Shown piece after piece: positions 56,201 to 64,000 of a DNA stretch of 64,000 nucleotides. The notes under the pieces are model-generated. The model saw nothing but the letters and a program-made list of their open reading frames with translations, had not been told where the DNA came from and ran no database searches. The position numbers and the translations under genes were made by a program. The stretch lies in assembly GCA_015493685.1 (NCBI GenBank), contig WGCS01000034.1, positions 5,042 through 69,041 of the forward strand, in the 5' to 3' direction. The number at the start of each line of letters is the position of its first letter. The stretch's first letter is position 1. This DNA is from Bacteroidales bacterium. GTDB lineage: Bacteria > Bacteroidota > Bacteroidia > Bacteroidales > UBA1556.

Positions 56201-57721
56201 ATGAGATTAGCCGGTGTTTTTGTTTTGTTGTTGCTATCTACCTTTGTTTTCGCTCAAAAAAAGACAAAAGTAAGGCTGGTGCGTGCCGATGAATTAAGTC
56301 CTGCCACATATCATTCTCAGCAGGTGCAGAAGCTTAGTGGAGACGTTGTTTTTAAGCATAATAATACCTTGATGTATTGCGATAGTGCGTACTTTTATGA
56401 GGGGGAAAATACCTTGGATGCCTTTGGCCATATTCATATTAATGATAGAGATAGTGTTCAGATTTATGCGGATACATTAAGGTATTTTGGGGACACCCGG
56501 CTTGCAGAGCTACATGGTAATGTGGTGTTAAAAGACAAGAAAATGACCTTGACAACTCAGCATTTACGCTATAATATGCAGACCAAGGTGGCTTTTTATT
56601 ATACCGGTGGTAAGATTATTAATCAAGATAATGTGCTTACCAGTATTTTTGCTTATTATCATAGTACCATAAAGACTTTGTATTTCCATAAGGATGTGTT
56701 ATTGGTGAACCCGGAGTATAAAATGATTTCAGATACCTTAATTTATAATACTGCTACTGAGGTATCTTATTTTCGTGGTCCCACAAATATTATTAGTAAA
56801 GAGAATTCCATATACTGTGAGAGGGGATGGTATAATACAAAAACTAATCAGTCGCGCTATCAATACCATAGTATGTTGAAGAATAAGACGCAAACTTTGA
56901 CTGCCGATAGCTTGTTCTATGATAGAAATTTATCTTTTGGAAGAGCGTTTAAAGAGGTGGAATTGATTGATACGGTTCAAAATATTATTCTTAAGGGCCA
57001 ATATGCAGAATATTATGAGAAGGGTAGAGGATCTTTTGTAACGGATAGTAGTTTAGCTATTTTAGTGAGCAAAGAGAAGGATTCTTTATACTTGCATGCC
57101 GATACCTTGCGTATCAACTTTGATAGTAGTCGTAAAGCAAAGGAGTTTATGGCTTATAATAAGGTGAAATTCTTCAAAAAAGATGTGCAGGGAATGTGTG
57201 ATTCTATGGTGTATCTTTTTGATGATTCAGTATTGGTGATGTATCAGCAGCCTTTGTTATGGGGTAGTCATAGTCAATTGTCGGGGAAGGTTATTAGGGC
57301 TCGAATGGTAAATAAGAAAATGGATAAGGTATATATCGATACCAATGCATTTGTGATGCAACACGATACGTTGGAGTATTATAATCAGGTGTCAGGCACG
57401 AATATGGTTGCTTATTTTCATAATGACAGTATACAAAAGGTTGATGTGCTTGGCAATGCGCAAAGCGTTTATTTTGTGCGCGATGAAGATAGTAGTTTAG
57501 TGGGGGTAAATTTAGGTAGTTCCAGCGATATTAGAATTGAGTTTAGTGCCGGAGGAATTAGTGATATTGTTTATATTAACAAACCTTTGGCCAGTTTAAA
57601 TCCCATAAATAAGGTATCCAAAAGAGCTCTTTACCTACGGGGTTTTAAATCTTACTATTATTTACAGCCAAAAACAAAAAATGAAATCTTTATCTTTAAA
57701 GCAGGCCTTCATAAAGAGTAA
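56201..57721 (+). CDS. OstA-like (LptD N-terminal-like) periplasmic/outer-membrane protein
   Basis: Signal peptide MRLAGVFVLLLLSTFVFAQ. Repeated OstA-type beta-jellyroll strands (LSGDVVFKHNNTLMYCDSAYFY..., LHGNVVLKDKKMTLTTQHLRYN...). Confidence 0.55.
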   Translation: MRLAGVFVLLLLSTFVFAQKKTKVRLVRADELSPATYHSQQVQKLSGDVVFKHNNTLMYCDSAYFYEGENTLDAFGHIHINDRDSVQIYADTLRYFGDTRLAELHGNVVLKDKKMTLTTQHLRYNMQTKVAFYYTGGKIINQDNVLTSIFAYYHSTIKTLYFHKDVLLVNPEYKMISDTLIYNTATEVSYFRGPTNIISKENSIYCERGWYNTKTNQSRYQYHSMLKNKTQTLTADSLFYDRNLSFGRAFKEVELIDTVQNIILKGQYAEYYEKGRGSFVTDSSLAILVSKEKDSLYLHADTLRINFDSSRKAKEFMAYNKVKFFKKDVQGMCDSMVYLFDDSVLVMYQQPLLWGSHSQLSGKVIRARMVNKKMDKVYIDTNAFVMQHDTLEYYNQVSGTNMVAYFHNDSIQKVDVLGNAQSVYFVRDEDSSLVGVNLGSSSDIRIEFSAGGISDIVYINKPLASLNPINKVSKRALYLRGFKSYYYLQPKTKNEIFIFKAGLHKE

Positions 57722-57745
57722 TGATATTTAATGTATTAACAGGAC

Positions 57746-57787
57746 AAAAGCGTCGGCGCCGCTCCAAGCGACACCGACGCTTTTGTT
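57746..57787 (+). terminator. Rho-independent terminator
   Basis: AAAAGCGTCGG...CCGACGCTTTT, an 11-bp GC-rich stem whose 17-nt loop has an internal CGCT/AGCG pairing. Followed by TTTTGTT. Confidence 0.75.
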
Positions 57788-58052
57788 GCTTCACTAAAAC
57801 CTTTTTAAATTTACAGAATAACGCTATCTCTCTTTTTGTAAAGGGAGAACCAAAAGAGGGATTTCTTTTTTACCTAATCCCCCTTTGAGTTCCATATTTT
57901 CTAAAAAAGTTGGATTAAGCTGTCGACTGACATACAGAATATTAGCTTATGTCTATTTTTGATTTACAGCAAAAAAGATAAATCGATGTTTTTATTGGAC
58001 AACAATGATTAAATATATCTTTTAAAACTATTTTAAGGAATAAATGTTAAGC

Positions 58053-58715
58053 TTACCAAGCTTCCTTATAAGTTACCACCTGGCTACCTTTAAAGCCATA
58101 TTTCTTATCAGTTTTTGTTTTGTATGCTTTGGCTTCTTTCTCCGTGTTGAATTGTCCTACACAATATTTATACAGCCCTTGATAATTTACAATATAAACT
58201 TTCTGCGAATCGGAAAAAACTTTGGAGAGCTCACTCTTACTCATTTTATGTACCTTTACTATTACTTGGACATAGTATTTGGCTTTGTCGGCATCAGTAA
58301 AAACTGGAATTAGCTTAATATCTGAGTCTGATTTTATTTCAGCAATGCCATTTGAATTATCAGGATTGGCTTGGCGGTTGACCTCTTCGTCCATTATATT
58401 GCCCAAGTCTTTGGAAGTCTTTATGGTTTTGGATTTTTTATTTTCCTCTTTTTTATTAGTTACTATTTTCGTTTCTTTTTGTTTCTTTATCCTTTTCTTT
58501 TTTGTGGGTTCTTTTATGACTGCTTTTTCTTTTGTTATTGTTTTGGAAAGGGTATCGATGCTTCTTTCAACATTAGTGTCCACCGCAGCTTCTGTTGTAA
58601 TAATATCAGTTTTGGATAATTCAGATACAGATTTGTCTTCTTCTTTAACTTCATTTTGACAAGCAGCCAGAAAAGCTAATCCACATAGAGCTAAGATTGT
58701 TTTATTTAGTTTCAT
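58053..58715 (-). CDS. Lys/Glu-rich lipoprotein with a C-terminal SPOR (peptidoglycan-binding) domain
   Basis: Lipobox LAFLAAC. Low-complexity KE-rich linker. C-terminus YYVQVIVKVHKMS...YIVNYQGLYKYCVGQFNTEKEAKAYKTKTDKKYGFKGSQVVTYKEAW. Confidence 0.7.
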   Translation of the reverse strand: MKLNKTILALCGLAFLAACQNEVKEEDKSVSELSKTDIITTEAAVDTNVERSIDTLSKTITKEKAVIKEPTKKKRIKKQKETKIVTNKKEENKKSKTIKTSKDLGNIMDEEVNRQANPDNSNGIAEIKSDSDIKLIPVFTDADKAKYYVQVIVKVHKMSKSELSKVFSDSQKVYIVNYQGLYKYCVGQFNTEKEAKAYKTKTDKKYGFKGSQVVTYKEAW

Positions 58716-58744
58716 TTTATATAATTTTTTGTTTTGTTATTGCA

Positions 58745-59134
58745 TTATTTAGTTTTGTTACTATTCGATTCTAATTCGTTAAGCCATTTGATGGTGTCGT
58801 CAACTTCTTGTTGAGTGTGTCCTTTTCGTTTGGCTAAATTAATACATAATTCATATTCTTTTTCATGAATTTCGCCATCAATCATAGCCATAGCCACGAT
58901 ATCCGAGATGAAATCAATTTCATCAATTTCAAATAGAGCCATTTTGTTAATGTCTTCCAACTCAGTTGATAACATCTCTTGTACGCTGTTGATGGGAAAT
59001 CCCAGTTCATTAGCTTTTGAACGAAAAAAATCAATTTCAGCCTTTTTTAGTTTCCCATCAGCCATAGCTACTGCCATTAGCGCTCTAAAATATTCGACAT
59101 TAAGTTTTTTCTGTAGGGGTAAATAATCTTTCAT
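58745..59134 (-). CDS. TerB-like (tellurite-resistance TerB/DjlA N-domain family) protein
   Basis: 129 aa. Two copies of the pattern AMADGKLKKAEIDFF / AMIDGEIHEKEYELC, typical of TerB-like domains. Confidence 0.55.
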   Translation of the reverse strand: MKDYLPLQKKLNVEYFRALMAVAMADGKLKKAEIDFFRSKANELGFPINSVQEMLSTELEDINKMALFEIDEIDFISDIVAMAMIDGEIHEKEYELCINLAKRKGHTQQEVDDTIKWLNELESNSNKTK

Positions 59135-59305
59135 AAGAACCTAATCATTAATAGTGATGATTTATGGCTGTAAAATTATTAAAAAAAACGTTGAAATACT
59201 AATGACTTTATTCATTGAAGAAGAAATAGCCTATATTTTGAAGGTAACAGTGATTCTACTCACCCAATTTTATAATGCGCCAATAGTAGGAAAGTACGTA
59301 TTTCT

Positions 59306-62300
59306 TTACCAGGCTTTCTTGTATTGGGTTACAAAAGCATCAGGAAGACTATATTTCTGAACAAGCTCTTTTTTATATGCTTTAGCTTCTTCAAAGGTGT
59401 CAAATTGTCCTACGGCATACTTATATAGTCCATCTTGTTCAATCTCATAAATTGTTGGTACATCAGGTACTAATTCAATAAAATTAGTTGCCTTTAAGGG
59501 TTTAGCTGAAGCTTTTATTTCTACTCGGTAGAATTCTCTGTCTTTTTCACTATCAATTTTCTTGATGGTTTTCTTAATAGTATTTTCTGTTTTATTGATA
59601 CTATCATTTTTTGTCTTAAGAGTTTTGCTTTCCGCTTTAATTTTATTGCCAAAGACCATGGTAATTACTTGTGCATCCTTAAAACCGAGTTTAGCAATTT
59701 GTTTTTTCAATTTCTTGGCTGCTTTTTTCTTTTTGAAACTATCACTAATGTATAAGAATTCTCCATTGGCTCCGGTGATGCAGCGAACATTACTTACGCC
59801 TTTTAAGGTGTCAAATACAGATACTAATTTTCTGGCTTGTTCGTTGGGATAGAGCTGAACAATCCAAACTTTTCCTTCTTCATTGGGAGTAACAACAGGG
59901 AGATAAAGAGAATCCTGTAGTTGAGTTCTTTGTTCAGGAAGGCTATCATTTACTGATTTATTACTCTTAGTACTTGGCGTAGTACTAGGTGATTTTTTCT
60001 TGGGTTTGAAGGTGCTATGTCTTCGTATTGGCAGAGCTCTGGTATGTTTCCCACGGATATTGATATTCCGTTTTTTCTCTGACAGATAGAAACTTACATT
60101 GTAGTTTTCAAAATCTTCATTAATGGCTATTGGAATGTCGTTTTGTAAGAAAGAATAGTGATTGTCCACAGCAGATTCATTAATGCTAATAATGTAATTG
60201 CCGTTGGGAACAAATAGGACAAAGTTACCCGCTTCTGTAGTTAGAGTACTGAATGTTTTTCCATTATCCTGATTAACTGCTGTTACTCTAATATTGCCCA
60301 GATTTAATTTTTTGTTTGTACCATAGCGATCTTTTTCCAATAAAACTCCTCCACTAACTCTGGCTCCTCGACTCAAAGGAATGTATATGGTTTTGTTTTT
60401 ATCAATGGTTCTATAAAATGTTTTTCCATCGAACCATCCCCCCATTGAGGCAAGAGGCATAGCCGTAATTACATAATCTCCCAATGGAATATTTTTGTAT
60501 TCTACCGTTCCGTCGGTATTGGTTACCAAATCATATTCTTCCGGTCCGGTATAAAAACCTTGATGGGTATCAGGAGATTTAAATTGGGCAACAGTATCAT
60601 TTAATTTGATATGAATAAGCATATCAGAGATGCCTTTTTCATTTAGATCTTGTTTCCCATTTCCATTCAGATCCCTAAAAGCAACAACCTTAACATCGTA
60701 ATTCTTTTTAAATCCAATGGGCATATTTACATTAAATTTAATTCCTGCACCAAATTCTATTCTTGAACTTGCATTTGCCGGTACTATTTCTTCATTAGTT
60801 GTTCCATTTTTACCATGGTAAATTCGAGTATATTGACCTTCACCAAAGAAGATATAGCGAGCGTATAAACTAAACCTAAATCCACTCTTAGCATAGTAAA
60901 ATATTTCAGGACGAGTATTGAGCTGTTGTCGGGTATTAATGGTGTTAATATAGTAGTTTAGATTAAGATTTAAACGCATTTTATTATTTAAAAACCAATA
61001 GTCGTAATAGGTATTAAAATAGAGTTTTTGAGGATTAACTTGGTCAAGAGAGTATTGTAATTGATCAATTTGATAATAAGGGCCATAGTAATATCTGGCA
61101 TTAGCTTGCAGGTTTTTATAGCGAATAGAAGCTCTAACATTGGCAATAAAAATATTGCCTAGTTCAGGTGATCTTTGAAAGGAAGAATAACCTAAGAATG
61201 AATTAGTATAGATTTTAAAAGCTCCACGCGACATCAGGCGATAATCGAAAGATAGTCCACCCGTATTAACATCAATTAAAGGACTTTTAGTTGTGTAGTA
61301 TTGAGGTTGGAAGATAAATACATTCTTTCCGGATTTTACTTTCAATTTGATGCTATAGTTTTCGAAAGTATTATATATAATGTTGGTAGATAAAATTCCG
61401 CGAGAATAAATTGTAGGTTTAAAATCTAAATATGAATATTGTAATCCAAGGCTTATATTATTGTTAAAGTGATAGTTCAAATTAGGTGTAATATTAAAAG
61501 TACCTTTACGTGGGGTATATGAAGGGGAACCATAATTGGCATTTAATTGGAAATTCAGTTTCTTAAATGAACCACTATAGCCAAAACGAGCTCCATAGCC
61601 TGTGATATGAAGAGGGTTTGCAGGATTCCATAAATAATTTTCAGAGCTATATCCGCCGCCTATACGTATTGATTGAGTTCTGGCAAAACGAATTGATAAG
61701 TAGGTATTTCCATAATCGGAATGTGTTTTACTTAGGTTGTCATCCAGATGCTGATAGTAATTATCCCAATACAGTTTATGAAGGTTTAAATTATGAAAGA
61801 AGCCATATCCGGAAGCATAATAGTATTCAAAGAGTTTAGGTTTACGAATATAAATTGCTCCCAGTGTATTTTTTGCAAAAGTAACCGACGCTTTAGCTCC
61901 TTTTCCCGATAAGGTGCTACCTGATCTATTGGCTCCAATATCTCCTATTTCTACCGCAAAATTCTTATGGAAGTAGCCTAAATATTGATAGTTGCCAAGA
62001 TAAGATTTAGGATTTAGCTGATTTTGGACAAAGTCGGCTTGAAAGAAATAGTTTAAGCGGCTGTCGTTTGCAAATTTTTTATTCCCATACAAACTCAAGG
62101 ATGAATAGGTATGATCGGAAAGTACATCGTAAGTATTTGATTCTACAGTAATGGGTAGAGAATTTAGTTTGGTAGGCTTAATTTTCATTGTATTGTTCAA
62201 CTTATAAAAGTCGATACTTCCTGACCATGAGCGACCGGAGCCTTTACTTGTTTTCTCGTTTAGTACTTTAATCTGTAAGCGATATTTTTTTTGTGAATTA

Positions 62301-63004
62301 TCTTGTTTTAAAGTAGGCCCATTAATATCTTTTTGTGATTGTGGAGATAATTTTACACTATATTGCAATGTAGTATCATGGCCGGCCAATAAATATACTG
62401 AACGAGGTATGGGGATGATTTCTTCCCCGCTTTTATCAACTAGTTCAATTTCATTATCAAGTTTAAGGCGAACTTGTAAAGCTTCGTCAGAGTTTCCTTG
62501 GTTAGTGATTACAACATCAAAGCTTGCTGAATCTTTGTTTCCGGTAAAATAGAGTTTTCTATTGGGACAATAAGCAGTCCATGCAGAAACCTTGTTAACT
62601 TCGATATACCACATACTATTGCTAATGGTAAAAGTTTCGGTAGATAGAAAAACGTTGACTAAATAATTGGTATTTCCCTTAATGTCATATACTGGTCGTA
62701 CTCTTAGGGGAATATAGATGGTATCGTGGGGTATTAATTTTAGGGTACGGGAGGCTTTGGCAAATAACCTCCATCCGGCAGGTGGATTAACCTGGAGATT
62801 TAGATCCAATGATTTGTTGGTATTATTAATTACAAACAAAACATTAGAGGCCACATCGGTAGCTTTAATTTTGGTTCTAGCTTGCAAAAAACCCATTTGC
62901 ACACCATAAGCACTAGCATTTACTGTAGTAACGTCTTTTTGTGCTTGTAATTGAGTAATGCTTCCCAAAATCCATACAATGAAAACAAGTAGTTTTCTAG
63001 TCAT
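59306..63004 (-). CDS. Large multidomain envelope protein: signal peptide, two Ig/CARDB-like domains, a ~470-aa beta-barrel-like core, two beta-sandwich domains, a basic linker and two SPOR domains
   Basis: 1232 aa. MTRKLLVFIVWILGSITQLQAQ. VVITNQGNSDEALQVRLKL. Aa ~295-765 are rich in alternating Y/F/N strands (e.g. RLNYFFQADF, FQLNANYGS, LSFDYRLMS, RLNLNLNYY). DLNGNGKQDLNEKGISD and GNFVLFVPNGNYIISI. SPOR1 KVWIVQLYPNEQARKL...GFKDAQVITMVF. SPOR2 FYRVEIKAS...GLYKYAVGQFDTFEEAKAYKKELVQKYSLPDAFVTQYKKAW. Confidence 0.7.
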   Translation of the reverse strand: MTRKLLVFIVWILGSITQLQAQKDVTTVNASAYGVQMGFLQARTKIKATDVASNVLFVINNTNKSLDLNLQVNPPAGWRLFAKASRTLKLIPHDTIYIPLRVRPVYDIKGNTNYLVNVFLSTETFTISNSMWYIEVNKVSAWTAYCPNRKLYFTGNKDSASFDVVITNQGNSDEALQVRLKLDNEIELVDKSGEEIIPIPRSVYLLAGHDTTLQYSVKLSPQSQKDINGPTLKQDNSQKKYRLQIKVLNEKTSKGSGRSWSGSIDFYKLNNTMKIKPTKLNSLPITVESNTYDVLSDHTYSSLSLYGNKKFANDSRLNYFFQADFVQNQLNPKSYLGNYQYLGYFHKNFAVEIGDIGANRSGSTLSGKGAKASVTFAKNTLGAIYIRKPKLFEYYYASGYGFFHNLNLHKLYWDNYYQHLDDNLSKTHSDYGNTYLSIRFARTQSIRIGGGYSSENYLWNPANPLHITGYGARFGYSGSFKKLNFQLNANYGSPSYTPRKGTFNITPNLNYHFNNNISLGLQYSYLDFKPTIYSRGILSTNIIYNTFENYSIKLKVKSGKNVFIFQPQYYTTKSPLIDVNTGGLSFDYRLMSRGAFKIYTNSFLGYSSFQRSPELGNIFIANVRASIRYKNLQANARYYYGPYYQIDQLQYSLDQVNPQKLYFNTYYDYWFLNNKMRLNLNLNYYINTINTRQQLNTRPEIFYYAKSGFRFSLYARYIFFGEGQYTRIYHGKNGTTNEEIVPANASSRIEFGAGIKFNVNMPIGFKKNYDVKVVAFRDLNGNGKQDLNEKGISDMLIHIKLNDTVAQFKSPDTHQGFYTGPEEYDLVTNTDGTVEYKNIPLGDYVITAMPLASMGGWFDGKTFYRTIDKNKTIYIPLSRGARVSGGVLLEKDRYGTNKKLNLGNIRVTAVNQDNGKTFSTLTTEAGNFVLFVPNGNYIISINESAVDNHYSFLQNDIPIAINEDFENYNVSFYLSEKKRNINIRGKHTRALPIRRHSTFKPKKKSPSTTPSTKSNKSVNDSLPEQRTQLQDSLYLPVVTPNEEGKVWIVQLYPNEQARKLVSVFDTLKGVSNVRCITGANGEFLYISDSFKKKKAAKKLKKQIAKLGFKDAQVITMVFGNKIKAESKTLKTKNDSINKTENTIKKTIKKIDSEKDREFYRVEIKASAKPLKATNFIELVPDVPTIYEIEQDGLYKYAVGQFDTFEEAKAYKKELVQKYSLPDAFVTQYKKAW

Positions 63005-63024
63005 ACCTCTTATTTAGCAATTAT

Positions 63025-63582
63025 TTATAAATCTTCAATAATCACATAATCTATACGAAGGGTGTATAATCCACTTTGGTAAGTAAAACCGGGGACAATA
63101 CGTAAATCTACAGTAAATTTATAACAAGAAGGGTTTGCAGAATAATCACCGGCAGTATTTGTCCCTGTATTGGGACAATTGATACTTGGGTCCGGTGCTG
63201 CATTCGTTCCAATAATATATGTCGGAGTATTAATGTCTTGAAGCGTAAAAAATCCAGAAACTTGTGAGGTAGAACTGGCATTACGGAATTGTAATTTTAG
63301 GATATCAATGGGGGGAGGATCTCCTCCTGTTGAATAGGTTTGGGTAACATCCCAATATCCCACGTTTGTTGTTGTTGCTCCAACGTAAATATCGAACTGA
63401 CTTGATGCGTTTATATTTAATGTAACTGCATTCATATAGGTAATACCATTGATATACTCTTGAATGGTATTGAAATCAAAAGTGATATTAGGGGACGTTT
63501 TCAAATCAAAACTTACCTGAGCACTAGATGAAATACTCAGAAAAATTGCTATTTGAATAAAGATTAGTTTTATAATTTTCAT
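63025..63582 (-). CDS. Small secreted protein of unknown function with a ...IIEDL C-terminus (paralogue 2)
   Basis: Signal peptide MKIIKLIFIQIAIFLSISSSAQ. Thr/Asn/Gly-rich beta-type sequence. C-terminus YKFTVDLRIVPGFTYQSGLYTLRIDYVIIEDL. It ends 20 bp upstream of the 1232-aa gene. Confidence 0.6.
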   Translation of the reverse strand: MKIIKLIFIQIAIFLSISSSAQVSFDLKTSPNITFDFNTIQEYINGITYMNAVTLNINASSQFDIYVGATTTNVGYWDVTQTYSTGGDPPPIDILKLQFRNASSTSQVSGFFTLQDINTPTYIIGTNAAPDPSINCPNTGTNTAGDYSANPSCYKFTVDLRIVPGFTYQSGLYTLRIDYVIIEDL

Positions 63583-63591
63583 ACCTCCCAT

Positions 63592-63631
63592 AATAAAATA
63601 ATGAAAGGAGAGGGACTAATTTCGCCTCTCC
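63592..63631 (-). terminator. Intercistronic GC-rich hairpin plus T-rich tract between the two paralogues (candidate attenuator or partial terminator)
   Basis: Plus-strand GGAGAGG (63607-63613) pairs with CCTCTCC (63625-63631). On the minus strand the hairpin is followed by TTTCATTATTTTATT. It lies 20 nt after the stop of the upstream paralogue. Confidence 0.4.
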
Positions 63632-63651
63632 CTTCAATATAATTGTAATTT

Positions 63652-64000
63652 TTATAAATCCTCAACTAGAGAATAAACAACTTCTAAGTAATAATAACCA
63701 GCTTGAGCATAGTCAATTCCGTTACCATTAGCACTCAAAAGAACTGTAGAATTGGGGAAAATAGCAGGAATACCTGGCTTTAATCGCATATCAATTCTAA
63801 ACTTGTGAGTAGTTGGGTTATGGGCGGCAGTACCTGGAGCAAATTGCTCACCGGCTCCTGTTCCAAAAGCACCAGCTAAAAATTGAGTAGCAGCAGATGG
63901 ATGACCATTATTAACAGTAGAATTAGTTAAACCCAATAAAGAAGAAAAGGAATTGATATTTACCGGTGCAGCAGAAGTAACAGAAGACTTCAATTCTAAA
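63652..64000 (-). CDS. Small secreted protein of unknown function with a ...LVEDL C-terminus (paralogue 1). The 5' end lies outside the window.
   Basis: The frame is open to the window edge (LELKSSVT... aligns with FDLKTSPN... of paralogue 2). C-terminus HKFRIDMRLKPG...AGYYYLEVVYSLVEDL. Confidence 0.6.
   Translation of the reverse strand, partial: LELKSSVTSAAPVNINSFSSLLGLTNSTVNNGHPSAATQFLAGAFGTGAGEQFAPGTAAHNPTTHKFRIDMRLKPGIPAIFPNSTVLLSANGNGIDYAQAGYYYLEVVYSLVEDL

Noticed and set aside
57835-57880. CTCTTTTTG...CAAAAGAG imperfect inverted repeat followed by a T-run
   Set aside because: The stem is imperfect and AT-rich. A much stronger terminator lies 50 bp upstream at 57746-57787, and no gene ends here.
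58044-58659. Three overlapping plus-strand ORFs (89, 126 and 82 aa), Phe/Leu-rich
   Set aside because: They are antisense shadows of the Lys/Glu-rich linker of the SPOR lipoprotein gene. AAG/GAA repeats read as CTT/TTC on the other strand.
1-64000. Screen for CRISPR arrays, rRNA/tRNA genes, transposases, integrases, phage genes or classical defence genes
   Set aside because: I found no regularly spaced direct repeats, no recognisable RNA gene signatures, and no ORF with DDE, tyrosine/serine recombinase, capsid/terminase, restriction-modification or toxin-antitoxin motifs. The window looks like core chromosome plus accessory envelope and metabolic loci.

Overview
This is an AT-rich chromosomal segment with the hallmarks of a Bacteroidota genome. 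It has type A and type B T9SS C-terminal sorting domains, a SusC/SusD pair with an ECF sigma and FecR anti-sigma, TAnnTTTG -7 boxes upstream of several genes, and lipoprotein signal peptides. I support 55 protein-coding genes. I found no rRNA, tRNA, CRISPR array, transposase or integrase, so nothing marks the window as a mobile element.

Content in order:
- A truncated NarL-type two-component pair.
- A porin-amtB operon with no glnK.
- GNAT, Crp and acyl-ACP thioesterase genes.
- A compact minus-strand dialkylresorcinol-type lipid cluster: darA, darB, a 137-aa protein, a BtrH-like protein, an ABC-2 exporter, ACP, KS and a chain-length-factor-like KS.
- A 1812-aa T9SS type B surface protein built from four ~350-aa modules.
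- A SusC/SusD locus whose ECF sigma and anti-sigma genes are split by two T9SS cargo genes, one of them a C10 cysteine peptidase, and which ends in an Ntn-hydrolase.
- Housekeeping genes: yraN, yitT, an HdeD-like gene and an M48 peptidase.
- An anaerobe-type cluster of a UPF0251(DUF134)/Zn-ribbon/NifX-like fusion, a stand-alone NifX-like protein and two MinD-type ATPases with 2x[4Fe-4S] inserts.
- A complete leucine/isovalerate catabolic operon with a palindromic candidate operator: MCC beta, MG-CoA hydratase, MCC alpha, acyl-CoA dehydrogenase, CoA-transferase A/B and HMG-CoA lyase.
- folE, a BI-1 family gene, fabD, dcp, an MTH1187-NRAMP pair and an OstA-like gene.
- At the right edge, the locus I consider most likely to be an undescribed system. 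Two paralogous small secreted proteins share a ...EDL C-terminus and are separated by a hairpin. They are followed by a 1232-aa protein with Ig-like N-domains, a large beta-barrel-like core, beta-sandwich domains and two SPOR domains. A TerB-like protein and a SPOR lipoprotein with a homologous SPOR tail follow.

All functional calls come from motif and architecture recognition by eye. No database search was run.
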